Part shown: positions 50,820-64,000 of the stretch, piece by piece
Layout: the number at the start of each line of letters is the position of its first letter
How positions within the stretch are numbered: the stretch's first letter is position 1
Origin: Paraspadella gotoi
Lineage: Eukaryota; Animalia; Chaetognatha
Direction: 5' to 3'
Assembly: GCA_051294375.1 (NCBI GenBank)
Contig: CM119266.1
Location: 26,646,447 to 26,710,446 of the forward strand
DNA: 64,000 nucleotides
The notes under the pieces: model-generated
What the model was told of the DNA's origin: nothing
The model's database searches: none
What the model saw: only the letters and a program-made list of their open reading frames with translations
Translations under genes and position numbers: made by a program

Positions 50820-53800
50820 ATGGTTCATTTCGACGATATTTTCGGTTACGTGGGCGAATGCGGAAGATATCAACTCTGGTAAGAAGAATGCGATTGTTTT
50901 CAGCCAAAATAGAATTGGATTTTTAAAGCTATATAAGTTATTTTATGGCAACAGCCGGTTTGTTTGTGAAGCCCATTGAGATGGGGCAGCCCACGATGGG
51001 CTTGGAAAGCTTCCGACCCTCTGTGACGCCTCCAGTAAGGCGTAGTAAAATTTATAAATTTAACTTTAATAACAATTCTAAAAGTGAGGAACGAACAACA
51101 TTATACTAATGAACATTTATGTAATAAAAAAATTATATTAAATTTTACAATTTACGCAGTAGGCCATATTTATACTAGTACTAAACCAATAAATGTTAAA
51201 ATTTCAAAACTGTTTTTTCTAAACATTTTTTTGCAGATTTGGATTCGTCATAAAAATTGATAGAAAGAAATATAATTCTTTTTAAAAAATTCCTTCATTA
51301 AGTGGGTCAAAAATTAGAAAAAGCTTTATTTTAAGCTGAAAATTAACTTTTTATATATGACACAATGAAAAATGGCGTAACGTTACTGTTCCGTGCATAA
51401 AAAAAATTCACTGTTCAATATTATTATACTTTTTTTTATTTTTTGAAACGTTATAGTTTCATATGGGGATATCCAGAATATCAATGCAAAATCTTTTTTT
51501 GTTTTTAAGATATGACTGAATATAGGGTGAAAGATGATAAATTTTTTTTAAAAAGTTACTTATTCATATTTATTCATAGAATTGTCATAGAAAAAAAAAT
51601 AATAGTACTAATAGTTAGTGTTATGTCTCAAATAGATGGAAAAAAACCTCATTTTAAAAATTCGATCGGGAAGTGGGGTAACTAAGGCTTACCAATGGCA
51701 TCCTCCACGCCGATTGTTCTCTCAAATAATTTTTTTATTTAATACATTTGAAAGGGAAAAAAAGAAAATTTGGAATGCAGGTTGCAGAAAGGGTACAGAT
51801 AATCTGGACTTATTGACATGATAACCATGACCTTTTATATCTTGTGAAATGGGGGCAGTAAAGAAATCTAAAAAATTTCATCATTAAGTCAGTCAATGAA
51901 CCCTTTCCAATGGGTTATTACGAGAAATATTTTTTCTTAATTAAAATGGATGATAAATAATAGAATTAAATTCCTTGCTATATTAAAAAAAAATTATCAA
52001 TTCAATTTAACACAATGATGTTTGCTTTGTCAAATATGTTACCAGCTATATAATTTTTTACAACTTTATTATGATAAACAAGCAGTGTGTCAAGCTTTTA
52101 GTTTGCAGTTAAAGATATTGAAAAATGACGATTTTTTTTCACAGACAAGAAGGTAGATGTCCAGAATGTTTATATCAAGCTGAAAACATTTTTGTATTTA
52201 TCATTTTTAATATTTAAAAATACATTTTATCAAGCTATAACATAAATTTTTGATTTTTTTTACTTTAACTGAAAAATATAAGCAATTTTATGGAATAAAA
52301 AAAATTAATAATAACAAAATGTAATTCAGTCTTTCCTTTTTCAAATTACAAAAGAAAAAAAAAATTTTCATATGCCTTCATTGAAATTTTTAAAGCAAAA
52401 AACTGTTATATCATTTATACTTAACTCTGATTTAAACAAAAGCTGTGTAAAGATTTATGGATTTAATTTAATAAAAACTCTTTTAGAAAGGTGCCCATGA
52501 TTAGGGCTTTACTTTGATACCACATCCACCTTGTACCTCTTTTCTTTCAAAAGTTATTTAAAAAAATAATTTTTAAAATTACGTAGTACAAATCTTTGTT
52601 AAATAAAAATTTCGGCAAAGCGGGAGTATCTCACTTATTTTTATTGGTACAATACTTAAATTTCTAAATAACTTGAAGATTATTTTTGTCATTTATAGAG
52701 ACATATCACCCATCGTATAATAATTTATTTATTTATTTCCCCAAAAAAGCCTAATTAGAAAGTTGAAATTTTTTCAAATTGTTGGAAAAAAAATTTTGTC
52801 CGGACCTATGCTCATTGAGAATAATGGTTTTGCATAGAAAATCAAAATATCAAAAATAATAAAAAATCAGCCTCTAGAAAAATCGAAAGGCTAGAGGCTG
52901 ATTTTTTAGAATTGCAAAATTTTTTTCTTGACCATAATCCATTATTCTCAAGTTTCAAAATATTTTTTTCCAAAATCATTTAATCAATTTTTTTTTATTA
53001 ATTTAAAATGTTTTTATGATGTGTGTTTTGTTTGAATGAATTGAAAAAAAGTGAAAATATAGTAGTATTATATATTGGTTTGAAAATATCTTTTAAATAT
53101 TAAATAAACACAATGGGAGTAAGCAGAGAAAACTTCCCATTCATAAAGAAATTGAAAATGAATTTGTCATATTGTTATTTAGATTAATTGACTAATTACA
53201 AACAAATGATTCATATAATTGAGTAAATGATGGGTAAAAAATATTCATCTGGTCTCGGTTAACATTTAGGTTATCGTTAAAGTTTTGTTTTAATAATATT
53301 AATATTTTTTTTGCATTATAAAAGCAATGGTCTAAAATTTGTAAGCGTTTCGAGCTATATTGCTTCATCTTTTTACTATTTTTGATCTAGTTAGCTTTTT
53401 TGTTGATGGTCAAGGTGATAGGTCAGATACAGTAATGTCCAGTAGTGTATATCGCACATATTACCAAAAGATGATCAATTAATTTGGTCAGAAAACAATT
53501 TTAAAGGGACAAATAGACACGAGACACGTTTCGCCATCGTTATTTTTCATTGTGTCATATATTAAATATAATTTTTTTTAATTTTTAACCACTTAATAAA
53601 AGAATTTTAAAAAATGATTTATATTTTCTTTTATCAACTTTTGACGAGGAATTCAAATATGCAATCAAAATTAAGAAAAGCCTATTTTGAAATTTTTCGA
53701 TATTATAAATATAGCCTACTGCGAAAATTAAAAAATATAAAATTAATTTTTTTTACAAATTAATGTTCACTGATGGTATGTTGTTCATAATTGACTTTTA

Positions 53801-55851
53801 GAATTTTCATATGTAACTTTCACTACGCCTTAGCCTCCAGTCACTGGCGCGGTTACCCTCGGACGGTCTCGCTTTGCCAACGCAAAGTGAAGTCGTTAGG
53901 ACTATGGATGGAATACTACGCCTGGGATGGTGTGTTTCCACTCTGAGCCAATGGTATTGGCTGAACGATTGTGGACGTGAAGCGTTAAATTCATTAAATT
54001 CATTCGTTAAATTCCTTTCTCTAAACCTATTTTTTCTATACATCATCAACTCGATCCATTTTCGCCCAATCAGAGTTCATTTCTTCTTTCTATCATTTGT
54101 CATACGCCTTACTTCCAATTACCCCATCTACTTCGCCAGGCACTTTTTCCTCCTCTGTCTGACGGCCATCCCTTGCGCCTGGCACGTTTATCTCAACGCC
54201 TTCACTTTCGTGGCGCCGCCTCATCGATGCCGACTTCCGTTGCCGGACGACGCCTTCGACGTCAATGCCTCTTCGCCGGAAGGGGCGTGGATTGAGAGGC
54301 TCATCCCGCAGAACGGTGAGGAATACGTTGGCAAGATTGGGCAAGTTTTGGGTAAGAGATCGAATCGGCTGGAAGAAACATGGGCAGACAGACTTAAGAG
54401 AAACAGCAGAAACCCTCAGTCTGACATAAACAGACTGATTAAAACGAAAGTCGAAAAACTGACGGACAATCCGACAAGAACTGGCAGAGAAAGAAACGAA
54501 GAGGGTCAAAGACAGACGGATATACGAACCGGAGATATAGACTTAAAGAGAGTAGGACTGAGACAGACTTATTAAACAAACTATTATCTCTTTCCCGCCC
54601 CCCCCTTTTTCCATCTTTCAAGACTCGTGTCACACCTTCTCCTTCAACGGGACATACCCCAACTTCACCGTCGACTCCAACTTCACCGTCGCCTGCACCG
54701 ACTTCGTCTACGACCGCAAGTATTTCGCAGAGACGGTCGCCACGACGCTGAACCTCGTCTGCGCCAGAAAGGAGGACGTACCTTTCGCCGATTCCATGGT
54801 CTTCGTCGGGGCGTTGATTGGTGAGTTAGGGGGGGGGTCGGCTGTGATTGGTGAGAGGGGGTGCTTGATTGGAGTGGGACGGATGGTTTGATGGTTGGTT
54901 GGTGAGATATTTAGGCAGATTGGTTTTCTAGCTAAACAACATAACAAAAAACAAAAAAAACAGCGGAAATTGAAAGCTCGAACCTTCTCCAGGTTCGGTG
55001 GTAATTGGCTCCGTCTCCGACCAATTCGGCCGCCAAAGCGCCCTCATGTTCTCGTTGACGGGCCTCTTGGGCGTCGGCGTGGGCACTGCCTTCGCCAAGG
55101 CGTCCTTTGTCGGCGTCGTGGTGCTACGGACCGCCTCCTCCGCCTTCGGAACCGGAGTCTTCATGTGCGCCTTCGTCTTGGGGATGGAAACAATGGGTCC
55201 GAACGCTCGGACTTACGCGGGTGAGCACTGAGCACTGAGCAATGGAAATGAGATTGAGAGATTCAATCTCATTTAAGATCATATTAAATAATATTCTCTT
55301 ACAGAAGATCGAGTTGAATATATTTGAGTTTAATTTAGTTTGTATGAATTTATATTAATTCATATGAGTTATTTTGAGGTAGATTGAGCAAATTTGAGTG
55401 AATTAAAGTAAATTTAGGTAAATTTGAGTAATTTTATTTCTTTTCATTTAATCCAATCGAACTTAATTTTTTATTTATTAATTTGCTACAAGATCATATT
55501 TATTTTTACATTTCGCTATGTACTGCAATTAATCTTATCCAGCACTGTCAGAAACTATCGAGTGCTCTTGAATCGAATACATTCCAGTGCCTTTCCAACG
55601 TTAAAACTACAGCGTTCAGTAAAAGCTTCCTTTCCTCCGTAGATATTTATTCCTATATTTATTTCGTCAATCAATCAATCAATCAATCAAACAATCGTCT
55701 CTTATTCCCGCTCTCGCAAAAATTTCAAGCGAACATTTATTTAGAATTGCTTTTCTTTAGTTCCTTCAACTTACTACCAATTAGTCCCGTACATTGGCTC
55801 TCAAGCCTCTTAATCCATTGAGTTAACTTACCGATCGCAGCTTTCTTTCTT

Positions 55852-55948
<97 letters not shown>

Positions 55949-57596
55949 AGCGAAGAGTTGTCACTTTTTTTCCACGGGAACCAATTAGAATCTTAATCCC
56001 TTCTCATTAAGCCTTAATTTAAGCCGCCGTTCAAAGTCTGGATTCTCCTTAATTTCTGCGCCATTGTGTTGCCATTGATGGGAATTTTTTTTTCTTTTGC
56101 CTCCCACTCATTTTCTTTTTCTTTTATGTCTCACTTGATTCCTTGGTTTTTCTTAAGAATGTTGTACCGTCTCCCAATGGTTTATTTTCACCGTTTTTTT
56201 TATATTCGTTTTCTACGTTTATTGTTTTCCATTGTTTTCTTGCTTTCCTCTTTTATCTCCTTCTCTTTTCTTTCTTAAGTACTTCTTTACTCTCAACTCT
56301 TCTTTCACCTCCAGGAGTCGTGATCGAATTTTTCTTCGCCGCCGGTGGCGTTCTGTTGGCGGCTGTTGCCTATTGCATCCGGGACTGGGTGTGGCTGCAA
56401 TTGGCCGTCAGCATCCCCGTTGCCGTCTTCCTCGCCTTCTACTTCGTCATCGACGAGTCTCCCCGATGGCTGCTGTCCAAAGCCAAGGTCAAGAAGTTCG
56501 AAAAGGTAAGTTACGTTTTGCGATCAAAAAGTAGGTTTAACAGTTTTGTTTATATGTTAATTTTATCTTTATGAATTGGGTCTGCTCCCTTCCCCATTTT
56601 TTATCCTCTTCCTCTCTTTTCCCCTTCTTTGCTTTCCTCCTTTCCTTTCCACATTTCATTTAATCTCTTTTCTCTCCATTCTCCCTTTCCTTCTCCCACC
56701 TCCATTTCTTATCCTCTTCCTTTCTTTCCCTCTTCTTTGCTTTCCCTCTTCTTTGCTTTCCTCCTTTCCTTTCCACATTTCATTTAATCTCTTTTCCCTC
56801 CATTCTCCCTTTCCTTCTCCCACCTCCATTTTTTTCCTCTTCCTCCCCTCCTCCTCCTCACACTCATATCCAGACCGTCCAAAAGATGGCGCGATGGAAT
56901 CGCAAGACCCTTCCCTCAGACTTCGTCTCTTCTTTGGAGGACGAGGCGTTCGAGGCTGCGGCGGAGCGGCGGACGACGGCGTCCTGTCTCGATCTCTTTC
57001 GATTTCCCAACATCGCCTTCAAGTCGGTCAATCTCTTCTTCGGGTGGATGGGTGAGTTCTGAATGGATTTGATTGGATGAATTGATTGGAGTCCTTGTAT
57101 TGGTTGATAGGATTGATTGATTGATTGATTGTTTAATGATTGATTGATTTGTTTATTGATTCATCTATTGTTTGATTATTGATTGATGGTTGGATTAATC
57201 AGTTATATTTAAAATTTTCTTATAAAATTTATTATTTATAAAGATTAACCCAGCGCCGTTTTTTCTCCCGTACTCCAGTGAGCACGATGCTGTACTACGG
57301 CATCACGATGAGCATGACGGCATTGCCCGGCGACCCCTTTCTCCAATTCCTCATTTCCAGCGCCGTTGAGATCCCCGCCTACATTCTCTGTCTCCTTATT
57401 CTTACGAGGTTCGGAAGAAGGTTCAGTCTCGCCGGCTCCATGATTCTTGGTTAGTAAAGGCGCATGGGAACGTTAGTTTATAATTGTTTTGTTATTTTAC
57501 TAGAAATACTTGCGTGTCGAAAATGACAGAAAATGGAATAAATCTTCAAATTAATTGATGACGCCGCTTCGACTTAAAGTTTTAAATTTTCTCTCG

Positions 57597-57682
<86 letters not shown>

Positions 57683-60149
57683 TCCTCCCCCAGCCGGCGT
57701 GGCCTGCTGCGTCTGTCCCTTCGTCAACGACGATGCCGCCGAAACTGGTTTAGCGATAACGGGAAAGTTCTTCATCTCCATCTCGTTCACTGTGATCTAC
57801 ATCTTCACCGGTGAACTCTTTCCTACTCCCGTCAGAACCGTCGGAATCGGTGAGTGAACTGCGTGAAAGACGCGTGAGAAAATGAGTGACAGCACTGCCG
57901 TCCCTCTCTGCATTGCACAACATAGTATACATAATTAAATTTATTACTTATGGAAAATATTTGACACTTTTTATATTCATTCTAAAATTTAGTTTACCTG
58001 TACAAGTCTCTCTGCACAACTTTCTATCTTCTTTAACGTTAAAAAGTAATATTATCATCAACGTTGATTATTATATACTTGTCATTATCGAATAAGCGAG
58101 CAAACCAATGTATCGAACTGACGACGCGAACTAATTAGCAAATTGGCAATTGGCTAGTGAAGTTAACGTTCATCACTGACGAAAAATTATGATTCTACTA
58201 CATTTAGGATAAATGTTGTTCCGATTGTTTGATTGCGATATCAAGGTCAATGTCGTTGTTTTAATTAGTTGTTTTAATTAGCTTTGTTCAATTGTGACGT
58301 GCGACGCCAAGTGATCCGAAACGAATTTCGTCAAATGCGATCTCGTTATTTAGGGGGGGGGTGCTCGTCAATTATCGCTTCATAGTTTCGCATTCTGAGT
58401 TTTCGTAAAAAAGCATTACCTTCTGACTTTGTGTCTCCGGCCATGAGCGGTAGTTAAAATCAGTTCCTATCAATATCAGTTCACAATTAGTAAAATACTA
58501 AACCGGAATTATTTTTTACTTTTAGGTTCTAATATTTTTTTTATCTAAATTAATTAATCTAAATCAGTCAGGGAGCGCACATGCCTTTACTGCCAGCGCT
58601 CCGGCGTCTAGCAATTATTTTACCTCTGGGATTCGTATGTCGATTTTCCCCGCCGGCCATTGGCGTATGTCCATTGGCCATTGGCGTATGTCCTCTTCTT
58701 TTGTGGCGCGGGGCATCCGCGTCGTTGATGACCGGACGGCGCCACGTGTTGCGCTAAGTCCTCAGCTTTGTCCTGCTTATTTATCGCCGGACGGTTTAAT
58801 TTCTTTACATTCCTCTTTTTTTTTTTTTGCAATCTTTTCCGTCCGAGTTTTTATTTCTAATCTAATATTTTCTATTTCAGATTTCGCCTCTCCGTTTTTT
58901 TTTTTTTTTTTAATTTCGCATTCTCCTTGATTTATTCTGTCTTTTCTTTTTTCCTTTTTCCCCTCTTTTCACTTTGCGATTTGTCATGTCCGTGTTTTCC
59001 TATTTTCCTGTGTTCCCCTCGTTTTTTCTTTTTTGTCCTTTCTCCTTTCACCCCTCTTTCTTTCTTCTCTCTTCTTCTCTTTTTAACTTCCCCACTCACC
59101 CTTTTTCTCTTTCTTTTTCCTTCATACTAATCTATTCCCTCCTTCGTTCTCCCTCCCTCTTTTTTCTCATTTCATTATCGTTTTCCTTTTCCTTTGTTAA
59201 ATCTTTTCTTTGTTCTTCTCTTTTTTTTTTCTTGTCCTCCTTTTTTTCTCTGCTTCATCATCTGGCTTTAAGCGCTACATCTTCCCCGATTCTCCTCAGC
59301 TCTATCTTCTTTACATCAGATTTTCACTCATGCTAGTTTTTCTCCTGCTTTTTAATTTTAGTAAAGTATAATAAAAGTAATGATTTTAGTATCTTAATCT
59401 TAATTTTCATTACTACTTTTCTGTATTGCTTTTTTTATTTTAGTAATTTTCTCCTAATTTCTTTTTTTCCTTTCATATTTATTTTTAATTTCCTGTTTCT
59501 AATTTTTTTCCATTTTTTTATCTTTCCTTTTTATTTTCAAGTTTTAAACTATTTCCTCCCTTCCCCCCTTCCTTAACATTTTCCCCTTTATTCTATTTAT
59601 AAAGTTTTAAACTCGCCAATATTAATATCCTTTCCTTCCTCCCTCTCCCCTCTCCCTTACATTCTTTTATTCCCACTCCCCCCTCCCCCCCAAGGCCTTT
59701 GCTCCATGTTCGCCCGCCTGGGTGGCATCCTCTTCCCTTACGTCCTCTCGGCCTTTGCCACGCCCACTCACCCCGAGGCGCCTTTGCTCGTCTTCGGCGT
59801 GGCGGCGGTGGCGTCGGGCGGCTTCTTAACGGCGCTGCCCGAGACTCTGGGCAAGGTGCTGCCGGAGACGCTGGCAGAGGCCGACGCTTTCGGACGTCCG
59901 CGGTGCTGCGGAGGCGGCGGCGGCGCCGGCAGAAACGGAGGCCGTTCCGGCGGCGGCGGCGCCGGAGGTGGCGGCGCTTTGTTGGTGGATGGCGGCGGCG
60001 GAGAGCGGCGGGCGCTGCTGAGCGGCGACGAGGACGAAGACGACGAGGTTTACTCGCGTAGCGCGAACGCGGACGTGAGACGCGGAGCGCGAACGCGACG
60101 TGAGACGCGGAGCGTGAGTGGGCGCTTGGTTGAGTGGGAGGACAAGTGA
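50820..60149 (+). CDS. SLC22A: SLC22-family organic cation/anion transporter (MFS), 9 coding exons
   Basis: Exon 1 50820-50878 MVHFDDIFGYVGECGRYQLW; further exons ~54140-54315, 54622-54820, 54993-55220, 56315-56505, 56873-57051, 57278-57449, 57693-57850, 59695-60149. Motifs PPHRC, LNLVC, SDQFGR, ESPRWL, YYGI, GELFPTPVR, LPETLGKVLPET. Confidence 0.92.
51036..53832. mobile_element. hAT-type non-autonomous element (same family as 18587-19201) carrying a 2.2-kb insertion
   Basis: TIR TAAGGCGTAGT/ACTACGCCTTA; exact 8-bp TSD GCCTCCAG at 51028-51035 and 53833-53840; arms colinear with the 615-bp copy. Confidence 0.92.
51359..53556. mobile_element. Unclassified AT-rich TIR element (~2.2 kb) inserted in the hAT element
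   Basis: Termini GACACAATGAAAAAT / ATTTTTCATTGTGTC; ATATAT on both sides where the empty site (~18906) has one copy; no long ORF. Confidence 0.8.
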
Positions 60150-60817
60150 ATGTCATTTGCTTTGTCACATAATTTGGCGACTAAGTGTATCTGACCCTTA
60201 AAATGCGACAGGACGCATAAGTATTTTGTGTAATAGACATTGTATACAAAAACATTCCAGTTACAAGTTTTTTAGTGTTCGTAAAGAATAAGTAGTTAGT
60301 ATTTAATTTTAAAGATGAAAAACTATTGGAAATATATCGTATCTGGTGAAATTCTCTCTTACTATATGTAGATTTAGTTGAACATTTCATTATTTTCATA
60401 TATATCTCAGTTCATCATAAAATTTTTGTTGGATTTTTTTTTACGCTGTACGTAATTTCTCGAATTTAGGTCGTCACTTGTTACAAAACAAATATTTTTT
60501 GTAATATCTCCATTTGTATTTTTGTAAAAAATTTACAAAGTTACGCGCTTTTATCACGTTGCTTTTGTCGTTAACTAAAACGATTCTCAAACCTTTACAT
60601 GAAGTAGATTTGAATACCTTTTATAATTTGCCTATTCTTTATTCGTTTCACTACAGTCACTACAGTTCACCGATAAATAGACACCTTTTTTTAAAATACT
60701 TGGGTCCTTGCGCTGTTATCTCTTTGCTTTAACAGCTGCATTTTTAAGCCAAGGGTCAGACACCTCTAAGTCACAGGGTTCTTACGTGAAAAAAAGAATA
60801 CGTGAACGGGGAAAACT

Positions 60818-60861
<44 letters not shown>

Positions 60862-61001
60862 CTTAGGGAAATTCCGCCTCCTCGAAGCTGCATTTGAAAT
60901 TTGCGCGTCTTCCGTTTTCGGCTTGGGTCTTTGACAACCCCCTTTGCCTGCGTCGAGATCCTCCGGAGACGCCGCTTCGTAAATCGGCCAGGGTTTAGGC
61001 G

Positions 61002-63478
61002 NNNNNNNNNNNNNNNNNNNNNNNNNNNNNNNNNNNNNNNNNNNNNNNNNNNNNNNNNNNNNNNNNNNNNNNNNNNNNNNNNNNNNNNNNNNNNNNNNNN
61101 NNNNNNNNNNNNNNNNNNNNNNNNNNNNNNNNNNNNNNNNNNNNNNNNNNNNNNNNNNNNNNNNNNNNNNNNNNNNNNNNNNNNNNNNNNNNNNNNNNNN
61201 NNNNNNNNNNNNNNNNNNNNNNNNNNNNNNNNNNNNNNNNNNNNNNNNNNNNNNNNNNNNNNNNNNNNNNNNNNNNNNNNNNNNNNNNNNNNNNNNNNNN
61301 NNNNNNNNNNNNNNNNNNNNNNNNNNNNNNNNNNNNNNNNNNNNNNNNNNNNNNNNNNNNNNNNNNNNNNNNNNAAGGGAGACTAACAGAGAGAGACAGA
61401 GACAGAGAGATGCAGATAAAGAGTGAATGGGAAGAAGAAAAAGAAGAACGAAGTCTGGGAGGAAACGAAGTAGTAAAAAAGAAAATCGTGTTTGAAAACA
61501 AGAAAGACTGAAAAGGAACGAAGGCTGGAGAAACGTCTCGCGACGACGACGACGATGCGCCGATGCAACATGGAAGAGGAGAGCGAAAGAGGAGATGGAA
61601 GAGTAGGAGCGAAGGAAGGGAGAAGAGAGAGAGAAAGAACTGAGTGGCAGAATTTTTTTGCCTGGCAAGACGTACGAAGCCGCGGCAAAGGAACGAAGCA
61701 AAAAAAAAAAAAAAAAAAAACGAAAGAAGAAAAACGAAAAGCTTTTATTAAAAAAAAAAAAAGAAAGAGACTTGCGTTCGGCTGCGAAAAAAAATACGAT
61801 TGTAATGGAGCCAAAGAGCGAAATGCAATAGATTCTGCGCAGCCAAGTCGTTGATGCTGACTGTTTTTACTACGAATAATATTTTTCTCTCTCGACTGTT
61901 AAGACGTTAAAAAGTCGTAAGCAAAACCTAGTTTAATCGTGATATACTTATCAGTCAAGTATAATTCTGGCGTTATTTAAAAAAAAGATATAAAAAGCTT
62001 TGTGCCTGACTATCTTTTACCTTGGTTTGAGCTTAAACAATGTCAGAATTTTCTTTTTCGGAATTCAAATAAATAAGACTTTCACTTTTTCTTTCTATCT
62101 CTCTGCAGTCTGAAAAAAANNNNNNNNNNNNNNNNNNNNNNNNNNNNNNNNNNNNNNNNNNNNNNNNNNNNNNNNNNNNNNNNNNNNNNNNNNNNNNNNN
62201 NNNNNNNNNNNNNNNNNNNNNNNNNNNNNNNNNNNNNNNNNNNNNNNNNNNNNNNNNNNNNNNNNNNNNNNNNNNNNNNNNNNNNNNNNNNNNNNNNNNN
62301 NNNNNNNNNNNNNNNNNNNNNNNNNNNNNNNNNNNNNNNNNNNNNNNNNNNNTGTTGTCGTCGTCCTCTATTCGACACCTGCGCCTCTCGCGGACAAAAA
62401 AAAGACCGATGATTTGATTTGTTCCATTCATGCCTTTCATTTTCATTCATTCATTCATTCATTCATTCATTCATTCATTCATTCATTCATTCATTCATTC
62501 ATTCATTCATTCATTCATTCATTCATTCATTCATTCATTCATTCATTCATTCATTCATTCCTTTGGCAAGGGGACATCGTTTACACACTCCGTGATCTTC
62601 ATTTTATGATTGACTTATTGGATGATTCAAAAAGTCATTTATTTATTAACTAATTCAATCTTTAACTCTACTTGCATTGTTTCCTTTCTTCTCTCTCCTC
62701 CATTTTCGGACACTCTCATTTCGTTCATTTAGTCCTCAGCCTTCCATGACTCGATTTTATTTCATCTCTCCATTTCGTTCCACCATTATTTAATTTCACC
62801 CAAGTTCCTTTTATTTTNNNNNNNNNNNNNNNNNNNNNNNNNNNNNNNNNNNNNNNNNNNNNNNNNNNNNNNNNNNNNNNNNNNNNNNNNNNNNNNNNNN
62901 NNNNNNNNNNNNNNNNNNNNNNNNNNNNNNNNNNNNNNNNNNNNNNNNNNNNNNNNNNNNNNNNNNNNNNNNNNNNNNNNNNNNNNNNNNNNNNNNNNNN
63001 NNNNNNNNNNNNNNNNNNNNNNNNNNNNNNNNNNNNNNNNNNNNNNNCCGGAATTTTCAGACTTTTTAAATTAAGACTTCAAATCATATTTATTTAAAAA
63101 AATTTTTTTTACTCATTTTTTATTTATTTCATCTTTATTTTCATCCCTCACTATCAATATCTTCAGGCTAATCATCTTCATCATCATCGTCATCCATCTC
63201 CGCCCCATCTCCCTACCCCCNNNNNNNNNNNNNNNNNNNNNNNNNNNNNNNNNNNNNNNNNNNNNNNNNNNNNNNNNNNNNNNNNNNNNNNNNNNNNNNN
63301 NNNNNNNNNNNNNNNNNNNNNNNNNNNNNNNNNNNNNNNNNNNNNNNNNNNNNNNNNNNNNNNNNNNNNNNNNNNNNNNNNNNNNNNNNNNNNNNNNNNN
63401 NNNNNNNNNNNNNNNNNNNNNNNNNNNNNNNNNNNNNNNNNNNNNNNNNNNNNNNNNNNNNNNNNNNNNNNNNNNNNN
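61002..63478. other. Region fragmented by four assembly gaps
   Basis: N runs at ~61002-61374, 62120-62352, 62818-63047 and 63221-63478. Confidence 0.95.
62443..62560. repeat. (CATT)n tetranucleotide microsatellite
   Basis: Perfect tandem attc run. Confidence 0.95.
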
Positions 63479-64000
63479 TTTCGCTCCGGTTTCCCATCAA
63501 CGATTCTTGCTCCAGCCTCCTTTTTGCGTTTTTTATTTTTTCATTGAGCCCTGTCGACCCTGTACTTTTTATACTAGGTCCCACAAGTGAACGTAGAGCA
63601 TTGATTTACCAATTCCAGTATTTTCATAAATAATTTCGCTTTTGAGTTATACTTATTTATAAAGGGAAATTCTTGACGGATGCTAGCATTAACGATTCTT
63701 ACGGATTTTCTACAGGAATACTTTAAAAGCGTCTTTATTTGGCTTAGTATCTTATCATTAATTTTCTTTATTCTAAGAAAGTTTAATACGTAACTCACAT
63801 TTACGATTTTCTTGTCAAACACTTTCCTTTTTTTCTTCTGCTCGTTTCTCACGACCCAATTAATTTAACTTTTTTCCAAACCTCACCATTTCCGTTTTAA
63901 ACTCTCTTCACTTTTCGTACTTCCCACTTTAAATAATTAACTTTAAATAATTAACTTTTTAATTCGTTATCTCCTCCTACCCAACAACCCCTTTTCTCCC

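Larger units (their letters stand above)
50944..53985 (+). mobile_element. Repeat family A copy 3, split by the hAT insertion
   Basis: 5' part 50944-51035 and 3' part 53833-53985 join into a family A element once the insert and one GCCTCCAG are removed. Confidence 0.85.

Noticed and set aside
53874-54575. 233-aa ORF taken as the SLC22 N-terminus
   Set aside because: It starts within repeat family A and runs through introns; only ~54140-54315 is exon, and the family-typical start is at 50820.
60766-63584. ORFs spanning N runs
   Set aside because: Artefacts of assembly gaps; the acidic fragment at 60790-61000 may be an exon but cannot be assigned.

Overview
Intron-rich invertebrate-animal genomic DNA: AT-rich GT-AG introns, GC-rich exons, many (GA)n/(CT)n microsatellites and N-gaps near the end. 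The species cannot be identified from sequence alone. Hand-spliced gene models, in order: an acidic orphan ORF; a Na+/K+-ATPase beta subunit; a single-exon HEPN (RNxxAH) protein with a C-terminal transmembrane anchor; a syntaxin-1-like Qa-SNARE; a Cyp40-type cyclophilin domain without TPRs; a multi-copy IPxRF/Y-amide neuropeptide precursor; a ~26-kb CLC-6/7-type Cl-/H+ exchanger gene hosting five nested genes in three introns (three on the same strand); and an SLC22 transporter whose first intron holds a three-layer transposon stack. Non-coding features include hAT-type non-autonomous elements with 8-bp TSDs, two dispersed repeat families, degenerate tRNA-like heads and a Penelope-type minimal hammerhead-ribozyme motif inside a foldback. 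The most notable candidates are the membrane-anchored HEPN RNase, the PxRFamide precursor and the nested-gene architecture. Exon boundaries were read by eye and are approximate unless stated.
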